Notes: generated by a model not told the origin, from the letters alone. Positions 1-6,628 are shown, counted from the stretch's first letter. The stretch: 21,808 nt of DNA from Candidatus Hydrogenedentota bacterium (GCA_029974275.1 JARKSN010000136.1:1-21808); one strand, 5' to 3'. Program-made: numbers and translations.

Positions 1-229
1 TCGGCCAGGAAGACGCCGACCGCGCAATCGCCCGACACTCCCCCTCGGGCAGTCCCCGCCGTTCGGGATGCGCCAGCAACTCGCGCAGGATCGCGGTTTC
101 GTCCAGCCCGCGCGCGCGAAGCGCCCCGGCCACGCTGGTCAACGCGCAGTTGCGGCCCGCGCCGTTCGTCCCCGCGCGATTCCCCTTGACGCCGCCGCCG
201 CCTTTGTGAGATACTTCTGATGTAAACAT
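1..229 (-). CDS. Primase/replication protein, N-terminal part with PriCT-1-like helical domain (runs off the left edge; not in the ORF track)
   Basis: Manual translation from ATG at 229 gives MFTSEVSHKGGGGVKGNRAGTNGAGRNCALTSVAGALRARGLDETAILRELLAHPERRGLPEGECRAIARSASSWP..., matching the PriCT-1 pattern GRNxxLxxxAGxLRxxG...LPxxExxxIARS. It lies just downstream of an AlpA/Xis gene. Confidence 0.7.
   Translation of the reverse strand, partial: MFTSEVSHKGGGGVKGNRAGTNGAGRNCALTSVAGALRARGLDETAILRELLAHPERRGLPEGECRAIARSASSWP
186..215 (+). promoter_or_regulatory. Sigma70-like promoter antisense to the primase gene
   Basis: TTGACG (186-191), 18-nt spacer, extended -10 TGnGATACT (207-215); points at the terminator at 246-275. 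Confidence 0.55.
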
Positions 230-245
230 TTTGGCTACCTGCCAT

Positions 246-275
246 TCCCGCCGCGCCAACGGCGGGATTTTTTTT
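246..275 (+). terminator. Rho-independent terminator, antisense to xis/primase
   Basis: Perfect 8-bp stem TCCCGCCG (246-253) / CGGCGGGA (260-267) followed by T8 (268-275). Confidence 0.75.
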
Positions 276-511
276 CAGCCGCGCGCGGGTGCGTCGGCGC
301 CGTCAGCGTTCGCGGCCTCGGCCTCGCGTGCGATCCAGGCGTGAACGTCGGATGCACGCCAGCGAAGGCGATTGCCCACGCGGAACGGGCGAAGCGGAAA
401 CCGACCGCGATGCAGAGCGACGTGAATGCTATTCGGAGTCAGTCCGAACACTTGGGCAACGTCGCGCACCGAAAGCAGGGCATCGATCTGAGTGATTGAA
501 GGTGAAGTCAT
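275..511 (-). CDS. AlpA/Xis-family winged-helix DNA-binding protein (excisionase/recombination directionality factor)
   Basis: 78 aa MTSPSITQIDALLSVRDVAQVFGLTPNSIHVALHRGRFPLRPFRVGNRLRWRASDVHAWI... has the LLSxxDVAxxFG...GRFPxP...RWxxSDVxAWI pattern. Start moved from 580 to ATG 511 because of the GAGGGGAG RBS. Confidence 0.85.
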   Translation of the reverse strand: MTSPSITQIDALLSVRDVAQVFGLTPNSIHVALHRGRFPLRPFRVGNRLRWRASDVHAWIAREAEAANADGADAPARG

Positions 512-653
512 CAGGTTTTCTCCCCTCGAAAGTCTCTGACAAGGTTTACAGAGGGGAGAGGAGGGTGTCAACCTGTGCAAGACATATTAAACATGATAGG
601 TATGTAACGGCCGCATGAAAATCGAACGGCCATTACATACCGATGCAGAGGGG

Positions 654-682
654 AAAGAAAAAGGCCCGGCATCGGCCAGGCC
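654..682 (-). terminator. Rho-independent terminator after the int/238-aa ORF unit
   Basis: Minus strand reads GGCCTGGC-CGAT-GCCGGGCC-TTTTTCTTT. Confidence 0.7.
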
Positions 683-707
683 CTCGAATCATGGAATGTC
701 GTTTGAT

Positions 708-1424
708 TCAGTGGCTTGGTTGGTGTTTTCGCAAGTAGTTCTGGAGCGAGTCCAACCTGTCGTTCAGATCGGGCGCCGCCGCGCGGATGAATCGACCGAA
801 GCGGGTCGGTTTTCCATCCCCCGCAACCAGCCATCCCCGCGGTTCGCCCGTGTGTCGCTCCCATGCCTCAGCCAAGGCCCGGACTGCCTCGCGTTTCCCG
901 TCCTTTCTCGCTCCGCCGCCCCTGCGCTTGACGATTTTCTTGATTCGCCCCTCATCGTCCAGGCAGCAACCACTTGATTCCGGCGCGCGCCGCGAATAGT
1001 CCGCGGCCCCGGCATTGGCGGCCACTCGGATGGCGGTCAACAGATTTCCCGCGTGCTGAATCAACTCGTCGATATGCGTTCCGGTCGCGGCCACCAGCTC
1101 TGTGCATGCATCGGAATCGAAAGTTCCCGTCGCTGCCCGAATCCTGAATAGCGCCTTCACCCCCGCGTGAACCTTGACGGCCGTGTCGGCCTCGGGCGAA
1201 AGCGACTGCCAGCCCTCCAGAACCTTCTCGAGGTGGCCCTCGAGTCGATGTAGCGCGGCCACGTCGCGCGCCGGTAGACTTGCGATGCCCCGCCGAGATT
1301 CGCCGCCCGCCTCGGTTCGTTGCTGATAGAGCCCGGCCAGATCGGCCCGTAGCGCCTCGGCATTGAAGCCAGAGCCCGCCGCCTGTCGCGCGAGCTTGAT
1401 TGCCTCCTCGAAGTTCGCGCTCAT
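708..1424 (-). CDS. Hypothetical protein (238 aa) of the integrative element, probably co-transcribed with int
   Basis: ATG with GAGTGAGG RBS 21 nt after the int stop; followed by a terminator. Basic C-terminal region (RRGGGARKDGKR...LAEAWERHTGE...RFGRFIRAA). No family recognised with confidence. Confidence 0.7.
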   Translation of the reverse strand: MSANFEEAIKLARQAAGSGFNAEALRADLAGLYQQRTEAGGESRRGIASLPARDVAALHRLEGHLEKVLEGWQSLSPEADTAVKVHAGVKALFRIRAATGTFDSDACTELVAATGTHIDELIQHAGNLLTAIRVAANAGAADYSRRAPESSGCCLDDEGRIKKIVKRRGGGARKDGKREAVRALAEAWERHTGEPRGWLVAGDGKPTRFGRFIRAAAPDLNDRLDSLQNYLRKHQPSH

Positions 1425-1445
1425 CGTCCGGCCTCACTCTTCTCA

Positions 1446-2708
1446 TTAGGGTTCGGGATTCATCGTCACCACCTTCGCCCCGGAAATAATGCTATCCATT
1501 TCATCGCCGATGGCCTCGGACACTACACGCCATGGGGAGTCATCCACGTGGGAATACCGCGCGGTCATCTTTGAGCCGGGTTTGTGGCCCAGCAGCTTGC
1601 CCAACATGGGCAGCGATGCCTTCACCCCCACGCCGATAGTCGCAAAGCTATGCCTCAGGTCATGCACCCGCAGCCCCTCGATTTCCGCCAGCTTGCACGC
1701 CGCGGCCCATGCCTTTTTGATCTCCTGCACTGGCTGTCCCTCAACCTCGCCAGGAAAAACCCAGCCCTCCCGCTTGCGCTTGATGTCGTTCAGCACCTTG
1801 AGCGCTTGCCGGTTCAGCACCACTTTTTTCCTTCCGCTCTTGCTGTCGGGGAGATTCAAACAGGCGCCGTCGAGGTCCACGTGCTCCCAGCGTAAATTCA
1901 AGATTTCGCCCCGCCGGCAACCAGTAAAGATCAACAGCCTGATGGCTTCGATTGCCGGCTGCCGGACGAACCGCGGTTCACGCTCCAAGGTGCCGAGAGC
2001 AGCCCACAGACGCGAGAGTTCATCGGGTGAAAGATACCTGTCGCGTTGCCGGTCGGCTTCGTCGTAACGCCTGACACCTTTGCAGGGGTTGCCCTCGATG
2101 GCCGTCCGATATTTCCAATCGACAGCCATGGTCATCATGTGAGAGAGCAGTGCAAAGGTCCGATTGGCTGCAATGGGTCGCTCGTGCATCGAAGCATGAA
2201 GGCGTTGCACGTCGCCCCTCTCGATGGCCCGGACGTCATGCCGTCCCAATACCGGCTCGACATGTTTTTCGAACATGATGCGGTCGGTTTCCAGACTGGT
2301 CGGCTTCTTGTGGACCTCCGCGAAGTCGCGTCGATAGATCTTCCAGAAGTCAGAGAGCGCCACCCTTTTTTCGGACACCCGCCGCGCGGCCATCGGGTCT
2401 TTGCGGTCGGCCACCTCGCCCATCAGCTTCCTGGCCGCCGGCCGTGCATCGTCCAGTGTCATGCTTGCAGCAGAGCCCAGCGTCTGCCGTCGCTGCGTCT
2501 TGTCGGTCTTCGTGCGATAGTCCACGAAATAAGACTTCTTGCCTGATGGATGCACCACAACCCCCAGCCCCGGTACGCCAGCATCCCACACACGGATGCG
2601 CCGGGCAGGATCTGGCGCCAAGTCCATCACGGCTTTCTGTGTGAGCCGTACGGCCCGCCCCTTCTTGCCCTTCACGGTCGCCTCATCGGTCGTCATTTGA
2701 CTGCCCAT
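1446..2708 (-). CDS. int: Tyrosine recombinase/integrase, P4-like, with N-terminal arm-binding domain (Arm-DNA-bind_3/DUF4102-like)
   Basis: N-terminal WDAGVPGLGVVVHPSGKKSYFVDYR; catalytic motifs TGCRRGEI, DSKSG, HDLRHSFA, LLGH, TARYSH. Confidence 0.95.
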   Translation of the reverse strand: MGSQMTTDEATVKGKKGRAVRLTQKAVMDLAPDPARRIRVWDAGVPGLGVVVHPSGKKSYFVDYRTKTDKTQRRQTLGSAASMTLDDARPAARKLMGEVADRKDPMAARRVSEKRVALSDFWKIYRRDFAEVHKKPTSLETDRIMFEKHVEPVLGRHDVRAIERGDVQRLHASMHERPIAANRTFALLSHMMTMAVDWKYRTAIEGNPCKGVRRYDEADRQRDRYLSPDELSRLWAALGTLEREPRFVRQPAIEAIRLLIFTGCRRGEILNLRWEHVDLDGACLNLPDSKSGRKKVVLNRQALKVLNDIKRKREGWVFPGEVEGQPVQEIKKAWAAACKLAEIEGLRVHDLRHSFATIGVGVKASLPMLGKLLGHKPGSKMTARYSHVDDSPWRVVSEAIGDEMDSIISGAKVVTMNPEP

Positions 2709-2761
2709 TGAATTTAGACCTCTTGACTTTCTGCCCGCTTGGGGCGGGGTAAAAAAGGCCG

Positions 2762-2780
2762 GGTCAACAAATGGTCAACA
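2762..2780 (+). repeat. Left pair of integrase arm-type direct repeats (GGTCAACA x2)
   Basis: GGTCAACA at 2762-2769 and 2773-2780, 11-bp period. Confidence 0.65.
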
Positions 2781-2797
2781 TCCGGCCGCAAAAGACA

Positions 2798-2833
2798 GCA
2801 TACTGCCGCATACTCTGAAACATCAAGCATAAT
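2798..2833 (+). repeat. Helically phased GCATAMT repeats, candidate Xis/AlpA binding sites
   Basis: GCATACT 2798-2804, GCATACT 2808-2814, GCATAAT 2827-2833, lying between the arm repeats and the att core. Confidence 0.4.
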
Positions 2834-2909
2834 GCGTAAATAAAGGAGTTCTAGGGATTTGTGAGCAAATCGACTGTATGCATTAGGTTTATGAAAAACT
2901 ATCCGATGC

Positions 2910-2956
2910 GACTGGCAGTCAAGAGGTCCGGGGTTCGATTCCCCGTATCTCCACCA
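2910..2956 (+). tRNA. Partial tRNA-Ala(GGC): 3' half only, serving as att core; not a functional tRNA
   Basis: GA-CTGGCAG-TCAAGAGGTC-CGGGGTTCGATTCCCCG-TATCTCCACCA gives the anticodon loop with GGC, T-arm, acceptor 3' strand and CCA. No D-arm or 5' acceptor strand upstream. Confidence 0.85.
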
Positions 2957-2978
2957 TCCTCAATCGCCAACAAATCGC

Positions 2979-3008
2979 CCCCCGCCGCACGGCGGGGGTT
3001 TTTGTTTT
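2979..3008 (+). terminator. Rho-independent terminator after the tRNA-Ala fragment
   Basis: CCCCCGCC-GCAC-GGCGGGGG-TTTTTGTTTT. Confidence 0.8.
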
Positions 3009-3010
3009 GG

Positions 3011-3029
3011 GGTCAGCCCTGGGTCAACA
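3011..3029 (+). repeat. Right pair of arm-type direct repeats (GGTCAGCC / GGTCAACA)
   Basis: GGTCAGCC 3011-3018 and GGTCAACA 3022-3029; same 11-bp period and orientation as the left pair. Confidence 0.6.
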
Positions 3030-3487
3030 GCTCCAAATGGTACGACATCACCTCTGGATCCAAGTCACCCCCCAGGCCTCGCATTTACAGCCTTCACTTC
3101 CCCTCCCAACGCTCTTCTTCGGTTTAATGATGACTGAAACTGAATGTTTCGTCTTGTGTGATTCATTCACTCGGTTGCCTGTCGCTTAAAGGTCCGGTTG
3201 AGGGGGAGCCTGTTTGCCGTGGAAAGTGATCAGACGTATTCCGCGTCTTCTACAATATTGAATAACGCTTGATTCCCACTCAGAACGACTAAGCTATGTC
3301 CATAGTCGAGCGGAAGCAGGTAGCAACCTCTTCAGGTCTTGACTTTTTCATTCGGCTCGTGCAGACATAGTGAGCGATTAAGATACTCGTATCGTATTGC
3401 CGCGTCACTTTGCTGCGTCACTGCATTTTGCGATGGGGAGGGGAATGCCATTGAGTTCCGGCACCTTCTGGCCGACTTGACGAGGGC

Positions 3488-3523
3488 GCTTCAATGGAGC
3501 CGCGCTTTTTTGAGCGCGGAATT
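3488..3523 (-). CRISPR. Solitary CRISPR-repeat-like unit (type I-G/I-U-like); no array and no cas genes in the window
   Basis: Minus strand AATTCCGCGCTCAAAAAAGCGCGGCTCCATTGAAGC (36 nt): 7-bp stem CCGCGCT/AGCGCGG and 3' ATTGAAGC handle, the architecture of type I-G repeats. Only one copy seen. Confidence 0.6.
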
Positions 3524-3554
3524 CAATGGATGCTCACTGGGAACCTGACATGAT

Positions 3555-3588
3555 GTAAGCGTCCGCTCTAGGCCGTCTTGATAGGCGC
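3555..3588 (+). repeat. IS66 left terminal inverted repeat
   Basis: GTAAGCGTCCGCTCTAGGCCGTCTTGATAGGCGC. Confidence 0.92.
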
Positions 3589-3635
3589 GGGGTGATGTGA
3601 GCAAATCGGGCCATTGTTTTTCGGAGGTGAAAGCG

Positions 3636-4028
3636 ATGGCTCAACGCAGAGGCCGCGATTTGGAGAAAGAGGCGCTGTGGCGCGGGCGACTGGCCGAGCA
3701 GGCGGCCAGTGGCTGCTCGATTTGCGCCTGGTGTCGCCAGAACGGCATCCAGGACGCGCTGTTTCATTACTGGAAGCGCACGATCGCGCGGCGCGACTCA
3801 AGCCCTGGGGCGTCTGACAGCGCGGCTCCCAGTGCCGCAGGCGATCGGGCGCTGTTTGCCCGGGTTGTTCTGACGCCGCCCCCCGCGCCGACCCTTGCCC
3901 AATCGCGCCCGGGGGACGGTTGTCTGGAACTGATCGTTGCCGGCGGCCATGTGGTGCGTGTCCCGGCCGGCTTCGACGCGCCGACGTTGGCGCGCGTGCT
4001 GGACGTGCTGGCGGCGCGCCCATGCTGA
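3636..4028 (+). CDS. tnpA: IS66 accessory protein TnpA (HTH)
   Basis: WRGRLAEQAASGCSICAWCRQNGI...FHYWKR HTH and C-terminal VRVPAGFDAPTLARVL. ATG at 3636 follows a GGAGGTG RBS; ATGCTGA overlap with tnpB. Confidence 0.9.
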   Translation: MAQRRGRDLEKEALWRGRLAEQAASGCSICAWCRQNGIQDALFHYWKRTIARRDSSPGASDSAAPSAAGDRALFARVVLTPPPAPTLAQSRPGDGCLELIVAGGHVVRVPAGFDAPTLARVLDVLAARPC

Positions 4029-4390
4029 GCCTGCCCCCCGCGGCGCGCATCTGGCTGTGCACCGAGCCGACCGACATGCGCAAGAGTTTCGACACGCTGG
4101 CCGCGCTTGTGCGCCGCAGTCTGGGCCGCGACCCGCTCTCGGGCAGCCTGTTCGTCTTCGTCGGCCGGCGCGCCGACCGGCTCAAGATCCTCTACTGGGA
4201 CCGCGACGGTTACGCGCTGTGGGCCAAGCGCCTGGAGCGCGGCACGTTCCGGCTGCCGCTGGCGGGCGCGCAGGACGGCGCTGTGGCGCTCAGCCCGGCC
4301 GAGCTGGCGATGCTGCTCGAAGGGATCGAGCTGGCCGGGACGCAGCGGCGCAAAAGGATAATTTCAAATATTAATTGTGAATATCATTAG
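4022..4390 (+). CDS. tnpB: IS66 accessory protein TnpB (Orf2; unrelated to IS605 TnpB nucleases)
   Basis: PTDMRKSFDTL...LFVFVGRRADRLKILYWDRDGYALWAKRLERGTF signature; start set at ATG 4022. Confidence 0.93.
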   Translation: MLSLPPAARIWLCTEPTDMRKSFDTLAALVRRSLGRDPLSGSLFVFVGRRADRLKILYWDRDGYALWAKRLERGTFRLPLAGAQDGAVALSPAELAMLLEGIELAGTQRRKRIISNINCEYH

Positions 4391-4452
4391 ATTTCTATTG
4401 ACATTCACGCGTTGCGTGGCAGGATGGCGCATCCTGCCTGGAAACCGTCGCC

Positions 4453-6084
4453 GTGAGCAAGCCCGATCAGCGCCGCCTGCCCGCCACGCTGGAAGAATCG
4501 CACGTGCTGATCGGCGACCTACTGGCTGAGAATCGCCAGATGCAGGCGCGGATCGACTGGCTGGCACGCAAGGTCTTCGGCCGATCCAGCGAGCGTCTCG
4601 CCGCGGGAGAGCCGGACTTTTTCGGCCAGCCCTTCGCGCCTGAACAGAATGCCAATGATAATGCCGGTGACAATGCCGCCGATCCAGCCGGTCCGGCAAA
4701 CAATGCTAATGACAATCCCGGCGTCATGTCCAAACGTGCCGCCCGCCGCTCGGCGCTGGACGATCTGCCGCGCCAGGTCATCGTCCACGACGTGGCCGGG
4801 GCCGACAAGCGCTGCGCCTGCGGCCGCGAGAAAACCCGCATCGGCCAGGACGACAGCGAACAACTCGAATACATCCCGGCCTCGGTCTTCATGCTCCAGC
4901 ACGTCCGGCCCAAGTATGCCTGTCCCGCCTGCCACGACGGCGTCGTCCAGGCCCCCATGCCGGCCATGCCGATCGAGCGCGGCGCCGTCGGCCCCGGCCT
5001 GCTGGCCCACCTGATCGTCAGCAAGTACGCCGACCATCTGCCCCTCCACCGCCAGGAATCGATCCTGGCGCGCCACGGCATCGACCTGCCGCGCTCGCTG
5101 ACCTGCGAATGGGTCATGAAATCGGCTGAACTGCTCGAGCCCGTGGCCGCGGCGATGCGGCGCGAAATCCTGGCGGGCGCGCTGGTGAGCACCGATGACA
5201 CGCCCGTCGACGTGCACACCAAACAGGGTAATCACCAGGCGCGTCTGTGGACTTACGTCGGCGATCCGCTCCATCCCCACACCGTCTACGACTTCACCTG
5301 GGACCGCACGGGCGAAGGGCCCCGCAAGTTCCTGGCCGGTTTCGCCGGCACGCTCCAGGCCGATGCCTTCAGCGGCTACGACGCGCTGTTTCGGGTCGAT
5401 CCGAAAAATCCCAAAAAGATCCCGCCCATCGAGGCCGGTTGCCTGGCCCACGCCCGGCGCAAGTTCCACGACGCGCGCGCCGAGGATCCGCTCGTGGCGC
5501 TGCCGATCCTCGCGCTCATGCGCGAGCTTTACGATTTTGAACGCGAGGCCAAGGATCGCTGGCCGGTGCTCCGGCAGGCGCGGCCCGACCCGCATGAACT
5601 GGCCGTCGCCCTCGCCGGCCGGCTCGCCCTGCGCCGGGAAAAATCGGCCCCGCGGATGGAAACGCTCAAGGCGCGCCTGCTCGCGCTCAGGGATCAGGTG
5701 TTGCCCAAAAGCGGCCTGGGCGGTGCGGTCGGGTATGCGCTGGGCCATTGGAAGGCGCTCTCACGGTTCCTGGAAGACGGCCTCGTCGCGATCGACAACA
5801 ACGCGGCCGAGCGCGCCATCCGGCCGCTGGCCCTGGGCCGCAAAAACTGGCTGCACCTGGGCAGCCGGCGCGGCGGAAAGGCCGCCGCCACCCTCTTCAC
5901 GCTGGTCCAAAGCGCCCGGCGCCACGGCATCGACCCGTTCCAATACCTGCGCGACCTGCTCACCCGCATCCCCACGCACCGGCACAGCCAGATCCACGAA
6001 CTCTTCCCCGATAACTGGCTCAAACTGCGCCAGGAAGCCGCCTCCGATAAAGCCGTCGCGCCCGCGGAGCCCGCCGACCTCTGA
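4453..6084 (+). CDS. tnpC: IS66 DDE transposase TnpC
   Basis: FGRSSE, zinc-finger CACG...CPAC, SKYADHLPLHRQ, DDTPV, LQADAFSGY, CLAHARRKF, IDNNAAERAIRPLALGRKNWL. Confidence 0.97.
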   Translation: MSKPDQRRLPATLEESHVLIGDLLAENRQMQARIDWLARKVFGRSSERLAAGEPDFFGQPFAPEQNANDNAGDNAADPAGPANNANDNPGVMSKRAARRSALDDLPRQVIVHDVAGADKRCACGREKTRIGQDDSEQLEYIPASVFMLQHVRPKYACPACHDGVVQAPMPAMPIERGAVGPGLLAHLIVSKYADHLPLHRQESILARHGIDLPRSLTCEWVMKSAELLEPVAAAMRREILAGALVSTDDTPVDVHTKQGNHQARLWTYVGDPLHPHTVYDFTWDRTGEGPRKFLAGFAGTLQADAFSGYDALFRVDPKNPKKIPPIEAGCLAHARRKFHDARAEDPLVALPILALMRELYDFEREAKDRWPVLRQARPDPHELAVALAGRLALRREKSAPRMETLKARLLALRDQVLPKSGLGGAVGYALGHWKALSRFLEDGLVAIDNNAAERAIRPLALGRKNWLHLGSRRGGKAAATLFTLVQSARRHGIDPFQYLRDLLTRIPTHRHSQIHELFPDNWLKLRQEAASDKAVAPAEPADL

Positions 6085-6136
6085 GCACCCGGCCCCGCGA
6101 ACCGGACAATCCCGCCCCATCCTCCCGCAATCTCCA

Positions 6137-6170
6137 GCGCCATTCAAGACGGCCTACAGCGGACGCTTAC
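6137..6170 (-). repeat. IS66 right terminal inverted repeat
   Basis: Reverse complement GTAAGCGTCCGCTGTAGGCCGTCTTGAATGGCGC. Confidence 0.92.
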
Positions 6171-6628
6171 GGAAGTGGTGCGCCCTGACGACGTATATGG
6201 GGTGCGCTTTGTGCGCGCCACGACTAGCGAAGATGGTCGGCGGTGTGTGACCTTTTGAATTTCTGAACCGGATGACGTGCTACGCAGGGCGGGTAGTCCT
6301 CGTGGCTCCCATACGGGCTCGCTTCCTCACGATTGCCCCAGACCCGTAGTCTGACCCAATCCACCCATATATCAATCCCACGCGGCAGATCGGCTTCTGA
6401 CGGTCGTTCCCATGTTGGTTGGTTTATATCAGTGGGACCATCCGTTGGTTCCCATCAACTTGTGCGGAGCAATCGCTCCCGTAGGAGGGCATAGCATGCC
6501 ATTCAAGTTTCGAGTGCTATCGCAGGCAGGGGAAGGCTCTAGCTACTGGAGCCGGCGCCGGCACATGTGCCGCAGGTCGCTCCTGACTTGCACCAGATCG
6601 ATCGTTTGGAAATCGGGGGCAGAGCGTC

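Larger units (their letters stand above)
1..3029 (-). mobile_element. Right end of a phage-satellite/PICI-like integrative element targeting tRNA-Ala(GGC); left end is outside the window
   Basis: Co-oriented int - hypothetical - alpA/xis - primase gene order, next to a tRNA 3' fragment and arm-type repeats. Confidence 0.75.
3555..6170 (+). mobile_element. IS66-family insertion sequence, 2616 bp
   Basis: GTAAGCG... termini, 34-bp TIRs (31/34 identical), tnpA-tnpB-tnpC organisation. Confidence 0.96.

Noticed and set aside
2880..2956. Full-length tRNA genes here and at 7840-7916
   Set aside because: No D-arm or 5' acceptor strand, and the anticodon stems cannot fully pair; these are att-site fragments.
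3400..3487. A true multi-repeat CRISPR array
   Set aside because: Only an ATTCC match about 40 nt downstream of the repeat (minus strand), and no repeat to the right of the IS; insufficient to call an array.
2861..3548. Short ORFs 2861-3127, 3007-3189, 3339-3548
   Set aside because: They run across the att core, terminator or repeat hairpin, lack convincing RBS or motifs, and are likely non-coding.
4022..4390. tnpB as an RNA-guided nuclease partnered with the nearby CRISPR-like repeat
   Set aside because: This is the 122-aa IS66 accessory TnpB with no RuvC or zinc-finger motifs; it shares only the name.
4467..6250. Alternative ORFs over tnpC (4467-5222, 4519-5748, 5195-6250 and others)
   Set aside because: Shadow or alternate frames of the transposase with Arg/Pro/Ser-rich nonsense composition.
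6340..6460. Loose symmetry and repeated TATATCA / GTTGGTT words upstream of the second integrase
   Set aside because: Too short and degenerate to define an operator or RNA structure by eye.
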